Source: Candidatus Falkowbacteria bacterium HGW-Falkowbacteria-1 (GTDB taxonomy: Bacteria > Patescibacteriota > Patescibacteriia > Patescibacteriales > UBA12465). Taken from it: a stretch of 64,000 bases of DNA. The stretch is taken from contig PHAI01000001.1 in the NCBI GenBank assembly GCA_002840305.1, positions 229,463 to 293,462 of the forward strand, written 5' to 3'. The notes under the pieces are model-generated. The model did not search any database. It was given only the letters and a program-made list of their open reading frames with translations, and was not told where the DNA came from. Of the stretch, positions 39,118 through 49,293 are shown piece after piece. Every line of letters starts with the position of its first letter. The first letter of the stretch is position 1. Made by a program: the position numbers and the translations under genes.

Positions 39118-39777
39118 ATGGAAAACAACAAAGAGGAAAAAAAGATTAAAGATGAAAAGAAACCTAGTCATGATGAAACCATTAATGAAATGAACAATTT
39201 TGAACATGACAGCAATTGTGATTGTGGCGATGATTGTGATTGTGGCGATGATTGTGATTGTTTCGACAACAAAAATGAGAAAAAAAACAAAAACAAGCGC
39301 AGAGATAAGGACGGCGATCATACTAAAATATTTTTTGGTCTGCTAATAGTTCTTTTTGGTCTTTTTCACTTGGGTAAAAACTTAAATCTTTGGGATATAA
39401 ATTTTGATTGGGTTTTTATTTGGCCAGTTTTGATTGTTGTTGTTGGTTTACTGGTTATGGGAAGCAGACTTATTTTGAAGTGGCTGATTGCTTTAGCGAC
39501 TATTTTTGTAATAGTGATTTTGGTTTCTACGTTACTTTTTTACGCTAGAGATAATAAAAAAATGGAAAAAGATTTTTCTTATGCTCCTGAAAGAAGTGTC
39601 CAGTTTTTCGATTCTTACAAGATGATGTTCAACGATAAACAAAAAGATGTTTATTTCTCTGGTAACTTGAACAGAGCAGAAGTCGAACTTCGTATTAGTG
39701 AAATTTTGAATAATATTTATGGTGAAAATTATAGAGATAGAATGAACATTGATGTCAGCATCGGAAACGAAAAATAA
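39118..39777 (+). CDS. membrane protein with N-terminal Cys-Asp repeat and LiaF/DUF5668-like TM region
   Basis: CDCGDDCDCGDDCDCFD, then IFFGLLIVLFGLFHLGKNLNLW...VFIWPVLIVVVGLLVM. Confidence 0.6.
   Translation: MENNKEEKKIKDEKKPSHDETINEMNNFEHDSNCDCGDDCDCGDDCDCFDNKNEKKNKNKRRDKDGDHTKIFFGLLIVLFGLFHLGKNLNLWDINFDWVFIWPVLIVVVGLLVMGSRLILKWLIALATIFVIVILVSTLLFYARDNKKMEKDFSYAPERSVQFFDSYKMMFNDKQKDVYFSGNLNRAEVELRISEILNNIYGENYRDRMNIDVSIGNEK
39217..39267 (+). repeat. 18-bp in-frame tandem repeat (2 full units plus one diverged 15-nt partial unit) encoding (CDCGDD)n
   Basis: TGTGATTGTGGCGATGAT occurs twice, followed by TGTGATTGTTTCGAC. Confidence 0.9.
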
Positions 39778-39795
39778 AGAAAGAATCGATTAATT

Positions 39796-40914
39796 ATGAA
39801 TATTTTGATTTTAATAACCAAAAGTGAAATTGGTGGTGCTCAGAAATTTGTAGCCAATTTGGCGCAGGGCTTAAAAGAGAAGGGAAACAAGGTCTCTATA
39901 GCTTCTGGTGAAAATAAGGGCTATCTTTTTGACTTTGCCAAAAGTAATAGCATAGATTTTCATTTTATTAGAGGCTTGGAGAGAAATTCTAACCCCTTTG
40001 CTAGTTTTGTTTTTTTAATAGATTTTTATTTGTTTTTAAAGAAGAATAAGCCTGACGTGGTTCATTTAAACAGCTCAAACGCCCTATTGGGAGCGATTTC
40101 GGCCAAATTGGCTAACATGGGAGTCAAAACTGTTTTTACCGTTCACGGCTTATCTGTTTTGGATAGTAATTACAAGGGGAATTTATTCAAAAGGGCTATT
40201 TTTATGGCCTTTTTTAAATTTTGTTTTCTTTTTGTTGACGATCTCGTTTTTGTTAGTCAGAATAACCTAAAACTGTCCATAAAGAATAATATGTCCAAAA
40301 GAGGCAGATTGATATATAATGGTGTAGATTTGAGTTTTATTGGCAGAGAGGAGGCTAGGAGGTTTATATTAAACAAGGTTGGCCTAAACGAAGCTAGCGA
40401 TGTTTTTCTGCTTGGATCGATTGGTAGATTGGCTTACCCTAAAAATTATGAGTTTTTAATAGAAAATTTCCACAAAATAAAAGAAATTAGAAGGAATATT
40501 AAGTTAGTTATTATAGGCGATGGCCCAGAAAAAGAGAGATATGCCAGTTTAATAAAGGCCAATGGCCATGAAAAGGATATAATATTACTTGGTAAAATAG
40601 ATGATGCTAGCAAGTATTTAAAGGCTTTTGATTTGTTCATTTTGCCCTCTATTTTTGAGGGTCTTTCCATAGTCTTGATAGAGTCATTGTTGTCTGGCAT
40701 AAAAATTGTAGCCAGCAACGTCGGTGGCAACAGTGAGGTAATCGGAATGGATAATTGCTATAAACTTAATGATATTGATGATTTTTTAAGGATTTTTAGA
40801 GAAAAAATATCTTCTGTACAAAAAAGTTGTACAGATAAAAATAAAGACAGCATTGAAAGGACTAGCTTTTCATCGGATAAAATGGTTGACAAATATATGG
40901 ATGTTTACAGGTAA
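39796..40914 (+). CDS. glycosyltransferase family 4 (GT-B)
   Basis: GSIGRLAYPKNYEFLI ... PSIFEGLSIVLIESLLSGIKIVASNVGGNSEVI (EX7E region). Confidence 0.8.
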   Translation: MNILILITKSEIGGAQKFVANLAQGLKEKGNKVSIASGENKGYLFDFAKSNSIDFHFIRGLERNSNPFASFVFLIDFYLFLKKNKPDVVHLNSSNALLGAISAKLANMGVKTVFTVHGLSVLDSNYKGNLFKRAIFMAFFKFCFLFVDDLVFVSQNNLKLSIKNNMSKRGRLIYNGVDLSFIGREEARRFILNKVGLNEASDVFLLGSIGRLAYPKNYEFLIENFHKIKEIRRNIKLVIIGDGPEKERYASLIKANGHEKDIILLGKIDDASKYLKAFDLFILPSIFEGLSIVLIESLLSGIKIVASNVGGNSEVIGMDNCYKLNDIDDFLRIFREKISSVQKSCTDKNKDSIERTSFSSDKMVDKYMDVYR

Positions 40915-40942
40915 TAATTTTATTATTTATTAAAATTTGTAT

Positions 40943-41884
40943 ATGAGAATATTAATAACTGGTGGATCTGGATTTATAGGCTCTTTTTTAAGTGAAAAGC
41001 TTGTAACTGATGGGCATGAGGTGCTTTGTTTGGACAATCTTTTTACCGGGAACAAGGAGAATGTTGCTCATTTGTTAGATAAAAACAATTTTTCTTTTAT
41101 AAACCACGATATTATTGATCCCTTTTATTTTGATGGAAAAATAGATCAGATATACAATTTGGCCTGCCCAGCCTCTCCTATTCATTATCAACAAAATCCT
41201 GTGAGAACTATTAAAGCTAATACCATTGGTGTTATAAATATGCTCGGTTTAGCTAGAGCCCATGGGGCTAAAATTCTCCAGGCATCAACTAGCGAGGTCT
41301 ATGGAGACCCAGAAGTTAGCCCTCAGAAGGAGAATTACAGAGGGAGCGTTAACACTATCGGCCCTCGGGCTTGTTACGACGAGGGTAAAAGATGTGCTGA
41401 GACTCTCTTTTTTGATTATAAAAGGATGCATGGCATGAATATTAAAGTAATTAGGATTTTTAATACTTATGGACCCAAGATGGCTTTAGACGATGGAAGG
41501 GTAATGTCTAATTTTATAATTCAAGCTTTGAAAAATGAGAATATCACTATTTATGGTGATGGTAGTCAGACTAGAAGTTTTTGCTACATCAGTGACTTGG
41601 TTGATGGTATGGTTAAAATGATGAATTCTGATTTTAGTGGTCCTATAAATTTGGGAAATCCGAACGAAATGACCATCAAATCTTTGGCCGAAATGATAAT
41701 TAAGAAATTGAACAGTAAAAGCAAGTTGATATTTATGAATTTACCAGAGGATGATCCAAAACAGAGATGTCCAGATATTTCCTTGGCTAAAAGTAAATTA
41801 AATTGGGAGCCGAAAGTTTCTCTGGAAGAAGGTCTAGATTATATATCTGATTTTTTTAAGAAAAAGCTAGAAAATATAGAATAA
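40943..41884 (+). CDS. UDP-glucuronate decarboxylase (UDP-xylose synthase)
   Basis: [67 protein letters not shown]. Collinear with the UXS family as I recall it. ATG 40943 preferred over TTG 40937. Confidence 0.88.
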   Translation: MRILITGGSGFIGSFLSEKLVTDGHEVLCLDNLFTGNKENVAHLLDKNNFSFINHDIIDPFYFDGKIDQIYNLACPASPIHYQQNPVRTIKANTIGVINMLGLARAHGAKILQASTSEVYGDPEVSPQKENYRGSVNTIGPRACYDEGKRCAETLFFDYKRMHGMNIKVIRIFNTYGPKMALDDGRVMSNFIIQALKNENITIYGDGSQTRSFCYISDLVDGMVKMMNSDFSGPINLGNPNEMTIKSLAEMIIKKLNSKSKLIFMNLPEDDPKQRCPDISLAKSKLNWEPKVSLEEGLDYISDFFKKKLENIE

Positions 41885-41894
41885 TTTTAAAGAA

Positions 41895-44177
41895 ATGGAT
41901 AAAAATAAGAGAATCTTAATATTTTCCACTGCTTATTTTCCTTTTGTAGGAGGTGCAGAGGTGGCCGTCAAAGAGATAACCGATCGTTTAGGCTCCAGTT
42001 TTTCTTTTGACTTAATTACGGCGAAACTGAAAAGGGGTTTGCCCAGCCTTGAGAGAATTGGCGAAGTTAATGTTTATAGGCTGGGAATCGGTCATCCTTT
42101 GTTTGATAAACTTTTCTTGGCATTTTTAGGCTGGATAAAAGCTAAAAAATTAAATAAAAAGAATAAATACATATTTTCCTGGGCGATTATGGCTAGCTAT
42201 GGAGGTTTATCGGCTTTATTTTTTAAAAAAATATGTAGAACTCCCTTGTTTTTGACCCTACAAGAGGGCGATGACCTTGAATATATTAAGAAAAAAAGCT
42301 CTTTTATTAGAAAAAGCTTTTTGGAAATATTCAGTCGGGCTGATTTTATTCAAACTATTAGTAATTTTTTAAAATATTGGGCAATTAAAAATGGGGCCGA
42401 GTCAGAAATTCGAGTTATCCCTAATGGGGTTGATTGGCAAAAGTTTAGAAAGCCAGAAGGATTTGATAAACAAAATTTTCGTTTAAACTTGGGCTTTCAT
42501 GATGATGACAAGTTAATTATAACTACCTCTCGTTTAGTTAAGAAAAATGGCATAAAAGACTTAATTAGAGCTTTGTCTTTTTTAGATGAAGAATTTAAAC
42601 TTTTAATATTGGGTGAAGGGGAAGAAAAAGATGAATTAGTAAGATTAAGTGGAGATCTAGCCTTAAAAGATAGAATATATTTTCTAGGTACGATAAATCA
42701 TCAAGAGTTACCAAAATATTTATGGAGTAGCGACGTTTTTTGTCGCCCATCGTTGTCAGAAGGATTGGGCAATTCATTTTTGGAGGCAATGGCCGCTGGG
42801 CTTCCAGTGGTGGCTACTGAAGTTGGCGGTATTCCCGATTTTTTATGTGATGAAAAAAATGGTTTATTTTGTCAGGCAGAAAATGCTAAAAGCATTGCTA
42901 GCAAGATTAAACAAATATTTGACGATAGCAATCTTAGAAAAAAAATGGTTATAGAAGGTGCAAAAACAATACAAGAATCTTATACCTGGGATTTGGTCGC
43001 CGGTAGAATGTTTAAGGCTTTTATTGATCTAAATATTAAAAATAAGAACAGGAAATTAAATATATTAATTGCTACTGGAATTTTTCCACCAGATATTGGT
43101 GGCCCGGCGACTTATAGTAAATTATTGCTAGAAGAGTTGCCCAAAAGAAATTTTGCGGTTTCACTTCTAAGTTTTTCAAGTTTTCGAGATAAGTATCCAA
43201 AAATTATTAGTCATTTTTTATATTTTTTAAATATTTTAAAAGAGGGTAGGAATGTGGAGGTGATTTACGTTCAAGACCCGGTAAGTGTTGGTTTGCCAGT
43301 TTCTTTGGCCAACTTATTTTTACGAAAAAAAATGATATTAAAAATAGTTGGTGATTATGCTTGGGAGCAGGGATGTCAAAGGTTTAAGATCGTAGATTTG
43401 CTTGATGATTTTTCCCTTAAGTTTAAGGAGTATAATTTGATGGTCAAAATTTTAAAAAGAATTCAGCTTTTTTCGGCCAGACAAGCCACGATGATAATTG
43501 TTCCTAGCAATTATTTGAAAAAGATCGTGTCCAATTGGGGTGTAAGAGGGGATAAGATAAAGGTTATTTATAATGCTTTTAATGGTGCTTTGTGTGATTT
43601 AAATAAAGAAAGCGCCAGAAGAAATTTGGGGATAGATTTTGATGACAAAATAATTATTAGTGCTGGAAGGTTGGTGCCCTGGAAAGGTTTTGATAAGTTA
43701 ATTGAAGCGTTCAAAATTTTTTCCATTGGGGATGATAGAGCTAAATTGTTTATAGCTGGTGGAGGCACTGATGAAGACAAACTATTAGAATTAATTAAAG
43801 ATTTAAATTTGGAAAATAAAGTTGTTCTGTTGGGGAAACTGGAAAGAAACAAATTAATGCAGTATGTTATAGCCAGTGATGTTTTTGCGCTGAATACGTC
43901 TTATGAAGGCTTTTCTCATCAGTTGCTTGAAGTTATGTCTCTGGGTATACCAATAATGACGACTAGAGTTGGCGGCAATGTTGAACTCATTAGTGACAGG
44001 GAAAACGGTCTTTTTTTCGACTTCAATGATGTTCAAAAAATGAACGAATTAATGTTTGAATTATTTAATGATTCGGTTTTAAGATATAAAATATCGGAAA
44101 AGGCCTTGTTGAGAATAACCGACTTTAATGAAAATAAAATGTTTGAAGAATTAACTAATTTTTTAAGAGAAGTATAA
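41895..44177 (+). CDS. fused double glycosyltransferase (two GT4 modules)
   Basis: 760 aa with two EX7E regions: PSLSEGLGNSFLEAMAAGLPVVATEVGGIPDF and TSYEGFSHQLLEVMSLGIPIMTTRVGGNVELI. Confidence 0.8.
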   Translation: MDKNKRILIFSTAYFPFVGGAEVAVKEITDRLGSSFSFDLITAKLKRGLPSLERIGEVNVYRLGIGHPLFDKLFLAFLGWIKAKKLNKKNKYIFSWAIMASYGGLSALFFKKICRTPLFLTLQEGDDLEYIKKKSSFIRKSFLEIFSRADFIQTISNFLKYWAIKNGAESEIRVIPNGVDWQKFRKPEGFDKQNFRLNLGFHDDDKLIITTSRLVKKNGIKDLIRALSFLDEEFKLLILGEGEEKDELVRLSGDLALKDRIYFLGTINHQELPKYLWSSDVFCRPSLSEGLGNSFLEAMAAGLPVVATEVGGIPDFLCDEKNGLFCQAENAKSIASKIKQIFDDSNLRKKMVIEGAKTIQESYTWDLVAGRMFKAFIDLNIKNKNRKLNILIATGIFPPDIGGPATYSKLLLEELPKRNFAVSLLSFSSFRDKYPKIISHFLYFLNILKEGRNVEVIYVQDPVSVGLPVSLANLFLRKKMILKIVGDYAWEQGCQRFKIVDLLDDFSLKFKEYNLMVKILKRIQLFSARQATMIIVPSNYLKKIVSNWGVRGDKIKVIYNAFNGALCDLNKESARRNLGIDFDDKIIISAGRLVPWKGFDKLIEAFKIFSIGDDRAKLFIAGGGTDEDKLLELIKDLNLENKVVLLGKLERNKLMQYVIASDVFALNTSYEGFSHQLLEVMSLGIPIMTTRVGGNVELISDRENGLFFDFNDVQKMNELMFELFNDSVLRYKISEKALLRITDFNENKMFEELTNFLREV

Positions 44178-44178
44178 T

Positions 44179-45354
44179 ATGATTAATAATAAATATTTGA
44201 ATGTTTTGTCCATATCTTCTTACGGCGCAGATTTATCTGAAAATAGTGATAATGTTTTTTCCGGAGCCCAATTACGTCAAATAGATTATTCGAAGTTTTT
44301 CAATAAATATATAATAATTGTTCCTAGTAAAAAAGTATTTGAGAATAAAAGAATTGAGCTTTCCGATAATTTATTTGTTTATTCCATTTATGCTAATAAT
44401 AAATTGATTTTTTTAATAAAAGCTTACATAAAATCCTGTAAAATTATAAGAACAGAAAATATAAACCTTATAAGCTCTGATAATCCTTTTGATTCTGGCT
44501 TTATTGGTGTTTTATTAAAACTTAGATTCAGAGTTACCTTGCTTGTTCACAGTATGGCTGAAATGATTGATAACCGTTACTATATAAGAGAGAGATTCTT
44601 TAATTTTTTCAAGAATTTATTAGCGAAAGTCGTTTGTTTTTTTGCTGATTATGTAAGGGTTTCTACTAACACGGAAATAGAGAGAATGGCGGGAAGGGGT
44701 TTTAACAAAAAAAAGTTGTTGAAAGCAGGTTTCTATATTGACGGCGAAAGATTTGAGAATGCCGAATTAGACCAAAATTTAAAAGATACTATTTTGCAGG
44801 GTAAGTATGATAAAATAGTTCTTTATTTGGGAAGGATAGCATTACAGAAGGATATAAAAACATTACTTTTTAGCGTTCCGGATGTAATTAAACGCTTCCC
44901 TAAAACATTATTTTTGATTATTGGTGATGGTCCAGAAATGAATAATATTAAGAAAACAGTGAAAAAACTAAAGATTAATAATAATGTTGTTTTGTTGGGG
45001 AGGGTAAAATATAATGATGTGCCTAAATATTATAAAATAGCTGATATATTTTGTGCTACTTCAATTTATGAAGGGACCTGTATGACTCTTCATGAAGCTG
45101 CTGCCAGCAGACTTCCAATAATAGCAACAAAATTTGCCGGCGCGGTTGATTTAATAAAAAATGAGGAAAACGGTTATCTCGTTGAAATAGATGATAGTTT
45201 AGATTTGTCTGATAAACTAAAAAATATTTTAAGTGAACCAAATAAAATAAGAGTTATGGGTGAAAATAATTATAAAATTTTTAAAAATTTTCTTGATAAG
45301 GAAAAAATTTTGCAAGAGCACAAAGCTTTTTTCGAATATATTAAAAATAATTAA
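44179..45354 (+). CDS. glycosyltransferase family 4
   Basis: LGRIALQKDIKTLL ... SIYEGTCMTLHEAAASRLPIIATKFAGAVDLI. Confidence 0.8.
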   Translation: MINNKYLNVLSISSYGADLSENSDNVFSGAQLRQIDYSKFFNKYIIIVPSKKVFENKRIELSDNLFVYSIYANNKLIFLIKAYIKSCKIIRTENINLISSDNPFDSGFIGVLLKLRFRVTLLVHSMAEMIDNRYYIRERFFNFFKNLLAKVVCFFADYVRVSTNTEIERMAGRGFNKKKLLKAGFYIDGERFENAELDQNLKDTILQGKYDKIVLYLGRIALQKDIKTLLFSVPDVIKRFPKTLFLIIGDGPEMNNIKKTVKKLKINNNVVLLGRVKYNDVPKYYKIADIFCATSIYEGTCMTLHEAAASRLPIIATKFAGAVDLIKNEENGYLVEIDDSLDLSDKLKNILSEPNKIRVMGENNYKIFKNFLDKEKILQEHKAFFEYIKNN

Positions 45355-45382
45355 AGTTATATTTACATAAAATCAGATATAT

Positions 45383-46432
45383 ATGAAAATGCTTATATTA
45401 ACTCAAAAGATGGATAGGAATGATAGTATTTTGGGATTTTTTCATCGTTGGGTAGAGGAGTTCGCTAAAAATTGCGAAAAGGTAATAGTTATTTGTCTTT
45501 ATGAAGGAAAACATAATCTGCCAGAGAATGTACAGGTTTTGTCTTTGGGTAAAGAAAGTGGTGTCTCAAAGTTAAAATATATTTTTAGATTTTATAAGTA
45601 TATTTGGCAATATAGAAAAGACTATGAAAACGTTTTTGTTCATATGAATCAAATTTATGTTATTTTGAGTTCTTTTTTGTGGAAGTTTTTAGGCAAGAAA
45701 ATTGGTTTATGGTATGCCCATGGTGGTATTAGTAAGTCTTTGAAGATGGCGGAAAGGAGAACGAATATTGTTTTTACTTCAACCCCTTCCGGCTTTAGAT
45801 TAAAAAGCGCTAAAATAAGAATAGTCGGGCAGGGAATAGATGCAAATGTTTTCAAGGCAGATAGAAATAAGAGAGACAAAAGCATTTTTAAGATAACAAC
45901 GGTTGGTAGAATATCTCCCATAAAAGATTATGAAACACTTATTTATTCATTAGAGACAGCAAGAACCAAATTGGGTAATTTAAAGGTAGATATAATCGGC
46001 GAAGCCTGTACGGAAGACGACAAAAAATATTTGTTAGATTTGAAAAAAATAATTAGTAGTTATGATTTAGATGGTGTTGTTAATTTCGTTGGTCCGCTTA
46101 GCAATGAAGAGGTGGTGCCTTATTTGCAGCGCTCTGATTTGTTTGTTAATATGAGTCATACTGGTAGCCTGGATAAAGCAATCCTGGAGGCGATGGCCTG
46201 TGGCCTTTCTGTTTTGACTTGCAATGAAGCGTTGTTAGCTCTAGATTTAAAAAATAAAGATGATTTGATGTTTGTTAAAAATGACGTCAAAGATTTGTCA
46301 GATAAAATATTGAAAAACTATTTAATGAGTGCGGAGGACAGAATTAAATTGGAGGAGTATTTGTCAGCTTTCGTATCAAATACTTTTTCTCTAGATCTAT
46401 TAATTGCTAAAATTATAAAAAATTATGGATAA
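45383..46432 (+). CDS. glycosyltransferase family 4
   Basis: VGRISPIKDYETLI ... SLDKAILEAMACGLSVLTCN. Confidence 0.7.
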   Translation: MKMLILTQKMDRNDSILGFFHRWVEEFAKNCEKVIVICLYEGKHNLPENVQVLSLGKESGVSKLKYIFRFYKYIWQYRKDYENVFVHMNQIYVILSSFLWKFLGKKIGLWYAHGGISKSLKMAERRTNIVFTSTPSGFRLKSAKIRIVGQGIDANVFKADRNKRDKSIFKITTVGRISPIKDYETLIYSLETARTKLGNLKVDIIGEACTEDDKKYLLDLKKIISSYDLDGVVNFVGPLSNEEVVPYLQRSDLFVNMSHTGSLDKAILEAMACGLSVLTCNEALLALDLKNKDDLMFVKNDVKDLSDKILKNYLMSAEDRIKLEEYLSAFVSNTFSLDLLIAKIIKNYG

Positions 46433-47141
46433 TGTTCAACAAAAACAAGAGGAAGAATATTCAAGGCCTTATCATTATTTTATAAATAGAAACAGTAGAG
46501 TCGGTCTTTTTTATTATTCTTATATTCAGCCGGTGATTGACTATATAGAGAAAAAAGAAAATTTTACAATTCTTGACGCTGGCTGTGGAGATGGTTTTGT
46601 CGAAAGCATGCTTGGCGACAAAAACAAAATTTATGGGGTTGATTATTCTGAAAGGGCTATTAAATTTGCAAAATTATTTAACGAGGAATCAAAATCGAAA
46701 ACTTTTTCTTGTCAAAGTATTTCCGATTTAGATTTTTCTGGTGATTATTTTGATTTAATTGTCAACTTGGCCGTTTTTGAACACATTAGGCCGGATGTTT
46801 GTGGCGATGTTTTGAAGGAGTTGAACAGGGTTATTAAGGGCGACGGTAAGTTGATTATGGCTGTTCCTACGAAGAATCTACCAAAGCCAGGTAAACATTA
46901 TAGACATTTTTGTTATGATGAAATAGAGACTTTATTGAAGGATAATGGTTTTTTTATTGATGAATATTCATATGTGTTTAACAAAAACTTTAATTATATT
47001 GCAAAGTTTATAGATAATAGCGCTTGGCAAATTAGTTTCTTGTTAAAATTTTTAGGAAAAATTTTCAGAAAATATTTTATTTCTGCTAATAAAAAAAATG
47101 GTCTTATGATGTTAATTTTTTGTAAAAAAATTAATAAATAA
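46425..47141 (+). CDS. class I SAM-dependent methyltransferase
   Basis: ILDAGCGDGF motif I, VFEHI. Overlaps the upstream GT by 8 nt. Confidence 0.75.
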   Translation: MDNVQQKQEEEYSRPYHYFINRNSRVGLFYYSYIQPVIDYIEKKENFTILDAGCGDGFVESMLGDKNKIYGVDYSERAIKFAKLFNEESKSKTFSCQSISDLDFSGDYFDLIVNLAVFEHIRPDVCGDVLKELNRVIKGDGKLIMAVPTKNLPKPGKHYRHFCYDEIETLLKDNGFFIDEYSYVFNKNFNYIAKFIDNSAWQISFLLKFLGKIFRKYFISANKKNGLMMLIFCKKINK

Positions 47142-47147
47142 AATATT

Positions 47148-47813
47148 ATGAGTGTTCAGCTTAAAGAAATAAAAGAATCAAAAACTTTTAATAGAATAGT
47201 AAGCAAATATAATTTAGATTCCAAGAAGGTTTTAGATCTTGGTTGCGGAACGGGGCAACATTTACTTAAATTTGGCCCAGATAGTCTTGGGGTTACTATT
47301 ACTACAAGTGAAATAGAGGACGGTCGAAATAATAAATTAAATATTGTTGGTGGCAATGTTGAATTTATTGACAATATGGGTTTAGATTCTGATTTTCAGA
47401 TAATTTGGGCTAATAATTTGATTGAGCATCTTTTGTCTCCTCATTCATTTTTAATTAAACTAAAAACAATTTCCAATAAAGACACGCTTTTAATTTTGGG
47501 GGTTCCTGTTATTCCCAAAATTCATAGTTTGTTAAAATTAAAAAAATTTAAAGGTTCCTTGGCCATTAATCATGTGAATTTCTTTAATAAAAAAACATTA
47601 GAGAAAACAGTTGAAAGAGCCGGTTGGAGGATAATTGATTCAAAATCTTTCGTTTTTGCTAATAATTTTTTAGATAAAATATTTGGTTTAATTTCTCCGC
47701 ATATTTATATTGTGGCCAGCAATGATACTGGCTTTAAATATTCTATAAAAAAAATTAAAGAATGTGAAAATGATAAACGCTATCAAGATTTGTTAGATAT
47801 CGTAGAAAAATAA
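47148..47813 (+). CDS. class I SAM-dependent methyltransferase
   Basis: VLDLGCGTGQH motif I, NNLIEHL. Confidence 0.7.
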   Translation: MSVQLKEIKESKTFNRIVSKYNLDSKKVLDLGCGTGQHLLKFGPDSLGVTITTSEIEDGRNNKLNIVGGNVEFIDNMGLDSDFQIIWANNLIEHLLSPHSFLIKLKTISNKDTLLILGVPVIPKIHSLLKLKKFKGSLAINHVNFFNKKTLEKTVERAGWRIIDSKSFVFANNFLDKIFGLISPHIYIVASNDTGFKYSIKKIKECENDKRYQDLLDIVEK

Positions 47814-47841
47814 ATTTGATTAATAAATTATAACAATTGTT

Positions 47842-48648
47842 ATGTTCTACAAAATTATTGAAAAAATTAAGTTTAATTATAAGGTGTCTTTTAATTTTGG
47901 GTTAAACTTTTTTTATAAAATCAAGTTTTTTTTATCATTGTTTTTAATTTCAATTTCAAAAAAAATAGTGCCTAAAATAAATTATTCGATTAAGTTAATT
48001 TTAAGAAATGATAAGAGCGTCTTTTCGTTTTATTTGTCAGACATCTCAGATTTAGGTGCTTTTACTGAGATATTCATAAACAAGGAGTATGAAGTGAATT
48101 TGTCCAAGGATCCTGGTATTATTTTTGATTTAGGCAGTAATTCTGGTCTTTCGGTTATATATTTTAAACTTAAGTATCCAAATTCGAAAATTTTTGCCTT
48201 TGAGCCCAATCCATTTGCATTTGAAAAGTTAAAAAAGAATACGGCTCAGTTTAGTGATGTTTTTTATTATAACGTGGCCATATCGGATCTTGATGGTTCG
48301 GATAAATTTTATGTTTGTGATGTAGACAGCTTGTCGTCTTCCTTTGTCAAAAGAAAAACAAAAGGGCACTATTTAGAGGTTAAAACGAGAAGTATTGGCA
48401 GTCTAATTAAAGAGCTTGGCTTAGATAGAATTGATTTAATGAAGTTTGATGTTGAGGGTGCTGAATTTAAAATATTTAATAATGATTTTCCTTTTGATTT
48501 GTTTGATTCAATGATTGGTGAAGTTCATTTGGACCTAATTGATTTTAATATTGATAAACAAGAATTTTTGAGTAAATTTAAACAGTTTTATAATGTTAAT
48601 ATTTTTGATATTTCAAATAAAAGATTTGTTTTAAAAATTGAAAAATAA
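47842..48648 (+). CDS. FkbM-family methyltransferase
   Basis: IIFDLGSNSGLS, IFAFEPNPFAFEKLKKN, IDLMKFDVEGAE. Confidence 0.75.
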   Translation: MFYKIIEKIKFNYKVSFNFGLNFFYKIKFFLSLFLISISKKIVPKINYSIKLILRNDKSVFSFYLSDISDLGAFTEIFINKEYEVNLSKDPGIIFDLGSNSGLSVIYFKLKYPNSKIFAFEPNPFAFEKLKKNTAQFSDVFYYNVAISDLDGSDKFYVCDVDSLSSSFVKRKTKGHYLEVKTRSIGSLIKELGLDRIDLMKFDVEGAEFKIFNNDFPFDLFDSMIGEVHLDLIDFNIDKQEFLSKFKQFYNVNIFDISNKRFVLKIEK

Positions 48649-48653
48649 AATTT

Positions 48654-49277
48654 ATGCTTTCTATAATAAGAGATCTTGAATACAAAACAATTTCGAACTT
48701 AAGTTTGGATGGAAAAATTTTGGATTTGGGTGGTAGCAAGAAGTCCGGGTATCATCAATTAATCGGCGGGAAACATGAAATTTTGACTGTTAACATAGAC
48801 TCGGATTACGGTTGTGATTTGGTTTTTGATATCGAGAAGTCTTTCCCCCTAGAAGATAATAGCTTTGATTTTATTTTGCTTATGAATGTCTTGGAGCATA
48901 TTTATAAATTTGAAAATGTTATTTCAGAATCTAGCAGGGTGTTAAAAAAGGAGGGGAAAATATATTTGGCCGTTCCCTTTATGCATCAAATTCACGGATC
49001 TCCTAATGATTTTTTTAGATATTCTAAGGCTACGTTGGAAAGATTGTTGTTGGAAAATAATTTTGAAAAGATAGAAATAAAGGAGCTTGGTTTTGGTTTT
49101 TTATCTCTTGGATTTCAGACTTTTTTTATTGGTTTTATTCCTTTTTTGTTTTGCAAAAATGTCGTTAAGAGTTTGTTTATTCTTATTGATAAAATTATTT
49201 TAAAATTTTCACCACGTTATCGCCGTTGGGCAAAAAACAACCCAATGGGTTATTGGGTTTCGGCTACAAAGAAATAA
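48654..49277 (+). CDS. SAM-dependent methyltransferase (type 11-like) with C-terminal hydrophobic segment
   Basis: ILDLGGSKKSGY, LLMNVLEHI, GKIYLAVPF. Confidence 0.6.
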   Translation: MLSIIRDLEYKTISNLSLDGKILDLGGSKKSGYHQLIGGKHEILTVNIDSDYGCDLVFDIEKSFPLEDNSFDFILLMNVLEHIYKFENVISESSRVLKKEGKIYLAVPFMHQIHGSPNDFFRYSKATLERLLLENNFEKIEIKELGFGFLSLGFQTFFIGFIPFLFCKNVVKSLFILIDKIILKFSPRYRRWAKNNPMGYWVSATKK

Positions 49278-49293
49278 TTTGTTAAATAGTTTG

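Noticed and set aside
39079-39321. Minus-strand 80-aa ORF with ITIIATITIIATITI repeats.
   Set aside because: It is the antisense translation of the (CDCGDD)n 18-bp tandem repeat. The plus-strand gene has a coherent membrane-protein continuation.
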